A model generated the notes under the pieces. That model saw only the letters and a program-made list of their open reading frames with translations, had not been told where the DNA came from and made no database searches. The translations under genes were made by a program, and so were the position numbers. From positions 22,630,001-22,694,000 of the forward strand of contig OX597836.1 in NCBI GenBank assembly GCA_951406725.2: DNA of 64,000 nt, in the 5' to 3' direction. The stretch is from Octopus vulgaris (Eukaryota). Shown here one piece after another: positions 63,770-64,000 of the stretch; the first letter of the stretch is position 1; each line of letters begins with the position of its first letter.

Positions 63770-64000
63770 ATGTATGCATGTGTGCAGCGTTCCACAATTG
63801 CCATATATTTCAATCACTCTTGTGAAGATATTCAAGTAACTTTCACTCGTTTTTTCATTTAATCCCCATTTTATTTTTCAAACAAGTTTCCAAGAAAAAT
63901 CTTCTCACTCTCTACAAGAGGGAGACGAGGTAGATGTAGATGACTAGTATTCTACAGGGAAGCAAAAAACGGGTACAGGTAGCCAGAGTAAGGTCACTAG

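Overview
AT-rich, microsatellite-dense animal genomic DNA. The SINE/LINE repertoire resembles cephalopod (Octopus-like) genomes; that assignment is inference. I can support no intact host gene, tRNA, rRNA or CRISPR array, and most listed ORFs are microsatellite read-throughs. The window is a nested graveyard of mobile elements: mariner, Tc1, maT/DD37D-like and pogo DNA transposons, a TTAA piggyBac-type MITE, a hAT fragment, a ~4.5 kb decayed Helitron (PIF1 helicase kept, Rep core apparently deleted), R4/Dong-, RTE-, CR1- and Penelope-type retroelement fragments, and many tRNA-derived SINEs. The most interesting signal is a set of type I hammerhead ribozyme motifs in short unique islands embedded in (TA)n/(CA)n tracts. 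One has a fully canonical core (25717-25805, minus), one is near-canonical (56123-56203, minus), two are minimal related motifs (38533, 39969), and a degenerate one lies in an insertion inside the Helitron. The four clearest have palindromic stem III, which implies dimeric folding, and two have long stem II inserts. They point to short non-autonomous Penelope-like/retrozyme-like mobile RNAs associated with microsatellites. SINE family letters (A, B, C, F, G) are my own labels.
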